A stretch of DNA of 64,000 bases from Hemiscyllium ocellatum (taxonomy: Eukaryota). The position numbers and the translations under genes are program-made. Positions 61,496 to 64,000 of the stretch are shown one piece after another. Below the pieces are notes generated by a model. That model was not told where the DNA came from. It made no database searches and saw only the letters and a program-made list of their open reading frames with translations. Each line of letters begins with the position of its first letter. Position 1 is the stretch's first letter. Location of the stretch: assembly GCF_020745735.1 (NCBI RefSeq), contig NC_083409.1, forward strand, positions 11,134,978-11,198,977. The letters run 5' to 3'.

Positions 61496-62898
61496 CTTTC
61501 TCTCCAAACTGATCCAAATTCAAGTGTTGCTGAAAAAAAAGAGACATTTTGTCAAAGCTTTTGTCTTGCACACAACAAGACATTTTGTAAGAAATTGCAC
61601 AGCAAAACTCTGGAGATCCCAGCGGGTCAGGCAGCATCCATGGAGAGAAAGCAAGGCAAAATGAAATGCTTTCACAAGAAGAGCTTTGTCTCACTCAAGT
61701 ATTATATTCTCAAATGACTATTTGATCCTGATTTCCTCTTTTGCTTCAGGCCTGTTGAAATTCTAAAAAGTAATTCTGTCTTTTTTTGAATGGAGCACTC
61801 TGTTTATCATCATTCATCATTAAGTTCCAATAATTGCATCAAAATATTTTTCCTGATCTATTTTCTGTACCTGGTATATGACTGGAGAATAAGTCATTTT
61901 GCCTTTCAGTTTGTCTGCACTGACGATAAATCTACATTTACTGTGTTTATTTGTTTGAGAATTTTTGAACATCAGAATACCCTCCCTCCACTGTTGAGAT
62001 CCTGTTCTGGCCTTCATAGAATCACAGAATCGAGGAATTCCTACAGAGTGGAAGCAGGCCACACAGTCCAGCAAGCTCATACAGACCCTTTGAAGGTCAC
62101 CCCACCCCGACCCACACCTACCCGACCTATCCCTGTAATCCTGCATTTTCCATGGCATTTTCCATTTGCTATCCTGCACATCTCTGGTGACCCTAGATCC
62201 CCTGTCCATGTCCCATTATGTATTGTCCCTCAAAGCAGCCTCTAACTGTGCACCATTCTAGCCATGACCTAACCATTCTTCAGGACAGCTGCCATGGTCA
62301 CTCTCCCCTCCATCTCCTTACTCTCAATATTCAATCCAAAATCACATTGACCTTTATTTCTGATATTGTTTCCAATTTAAAGGAGATCTGTCACTCCACA
62401 TCCTTTCTTGCGCGCTGCAGTGTTGTCTATAATATAAACAGCCCTTCAAGCTTTATCATTCTCAGAGGAGTTACAACCGAGAAAACCTCTTCCAGCTCTC
62501 AGTGGAGAAATTCAGTTATTCCCGTTTCCCTGCTCTATCCCAATAGCTTCCCTTTCTGTGTGACTGTGTTTCTGGTGTGTTCTACAATATCTGACACTTG
62601 CCTGCCTAATGCTCTTACACCCACTGATACCTGTTGAGGTCTCCCAGATAAATTGCTGCTCTTTGCAGTTTGGTGACCCGCTTTGATAGCCGTGTGTTCG
62701 GTCTTTGAGTGTAATTCATTTTGTGTCTGATCCCAGTGTCAATCCAAAGGACACTCCACCTTTCAGTCTGACAAACCAGGGTCACCCATGTCATGGCTCT
62801 ATTTCTCACCTAGGCTCCAGTTTTTCAAAGAGATGAATTCAAGCCTCACCAGTTTGATCATTTGAAGTGTATCTCATTTATTTTGATTTCTCCTGGGA
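61496..62898 (-). repeat. Right arm of the inverted duplication, with a SINE fragment inserted at about 62010-62250
   Basis: Reverse-complement match to 54740-56010. Confidence 0.85.
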
Positions 62899-63179
62899 TG
62901 GGCGGGCACAAAAATGGCTGCTATTTGTTGCACTTCCCTAATTGTCCTGGAGAGGGCGGTGGTGAGCCATGTAATATCTGGGAAGGAAGGCGCTGGGATC
63001 TGAACAAAAAAACCATAAAACTCAATGTCATGTTCATGAATGTAGTTTGGACAAGGGAACCCAGTCATCACCCGGTCTGTGACTCCAGTCCCACACAGTG
63101 ACGCGATTCATTCTTAACGGCCCCATGATCTGGCTCAGAACTCAGTCCAAGCAACTAGAGATGGGCAATAAATTTGAGG

Positions 63180-63900
63180 TTTAATTTACAATAGTTTATA
63201 AAATAGTTCATTCTAAAATTATTTAAAATATTTAAATCTGAGTGCACAAGGCATGGTTTCAAAATTTGCTGATGGTATGAAACTTGGATCTACTGCGACT
63301 CATGAAAAAGATAGTGTCGAACTTCAAAAAGGGTATAGGTAATGGAATGAACAAATGGTCGCAGATAGAATTTAATAGAAAGAGATGTCACTGATTCATT
63401 TTGGAAGGAAAAGGTGGAGAGACAAAACAAACTAAAGGGTACAAGTATGGATGGGTGTAGGGGCAGTAGGACCTGGATGTTTCTGTGCATCAGTCATTGA
63501 AGGTGGCAGGATAGGCAGCTGTTCTCATGGGAGAGCAGCTGATTAAAGCAGATGTCATATCAACAAGAGCATAGAATACAGCATGGCTGTGAAAAGAATG
63601 CTTCCTTTTCAGGGAGAATATAAAACTAAAATAAGTTCCCTCATTTAAGACCTAGATGAGCAGGGTTTTGATTTCTTGCAAAGGTCATAGGTCTTTGGAA
63701 TTGAAATTGAAACCTCTGAATGCTTGTAGTGAAGAAGTAGACAGTCATTGCTGATCAAAAATCTGTCAGAGTAAGGTAAGAAGGTGAATAATCAGGTCAG
63801 CCATGGGGAGCAGGCTGAAGAGGATGAATCTCCTTCATTTGTCCCTAATTCGTATGACCGTGCGTCCAGTTCCACCGTTGAAAGAACAGCGCCTTGAAAG
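63180..63900 (+). mobile_element. Highly decayed CR1 RT/3' fragment
   Basis: Codons resembling SKFADGMKLG and MEFN...VIHFG; CR1-like tail near 63800-63860. Confidence 0.6.
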
Positions 63901-64000
63901 CTTGTGGTTTTCAATAAAGCAGCTGAAGTGGCTGCTGGTTTGTGTGGGCGCGAATGGAAGGGGACTTTACCCATAATCCTCAGCAGCAGTGCAAGCGCTC

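Overview
Non-coding-dominated genomic window from a cartilaginous fish; the repeat families suggest a bamboo/nurse-shark-like species, which is inference. It holds a decayed immunoglobulin kappa-type (NS4-like) light-chain locus on the + strand. The parts are one unjoined V segment (leader 14421-14469, V exon 14656-14941, 12-RSS), one J segment (23-RSS, 15455-15489) and three C-kappa copies (24980, 44910, and a remnant at 58029). Every Ig module carries a lesion, and I found no V or J upstream of the second or third C. Most of the remaining sequence is CR1 LINE debris (including one young copy with a TSD), HE1/V-type tRNA-derived SINEs, Penelope-like element fragments and minisatellites. The most notable observations are: (1) a 175-bp copy of the DNA starting inside the V recombination signal, inserted into a CR1 in the J-C intron; (2) an intact minimal hammerhead ribozyme in a young, TSD-flanked Penelope fragment; (3) a V-J-C-C-C arrangement with mosaic paralogy and a 1.3-kb inverted duplication; (4) candidate B-cell enhancer motif clusters. 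Repeat boundaries are approximate and were read by eye.
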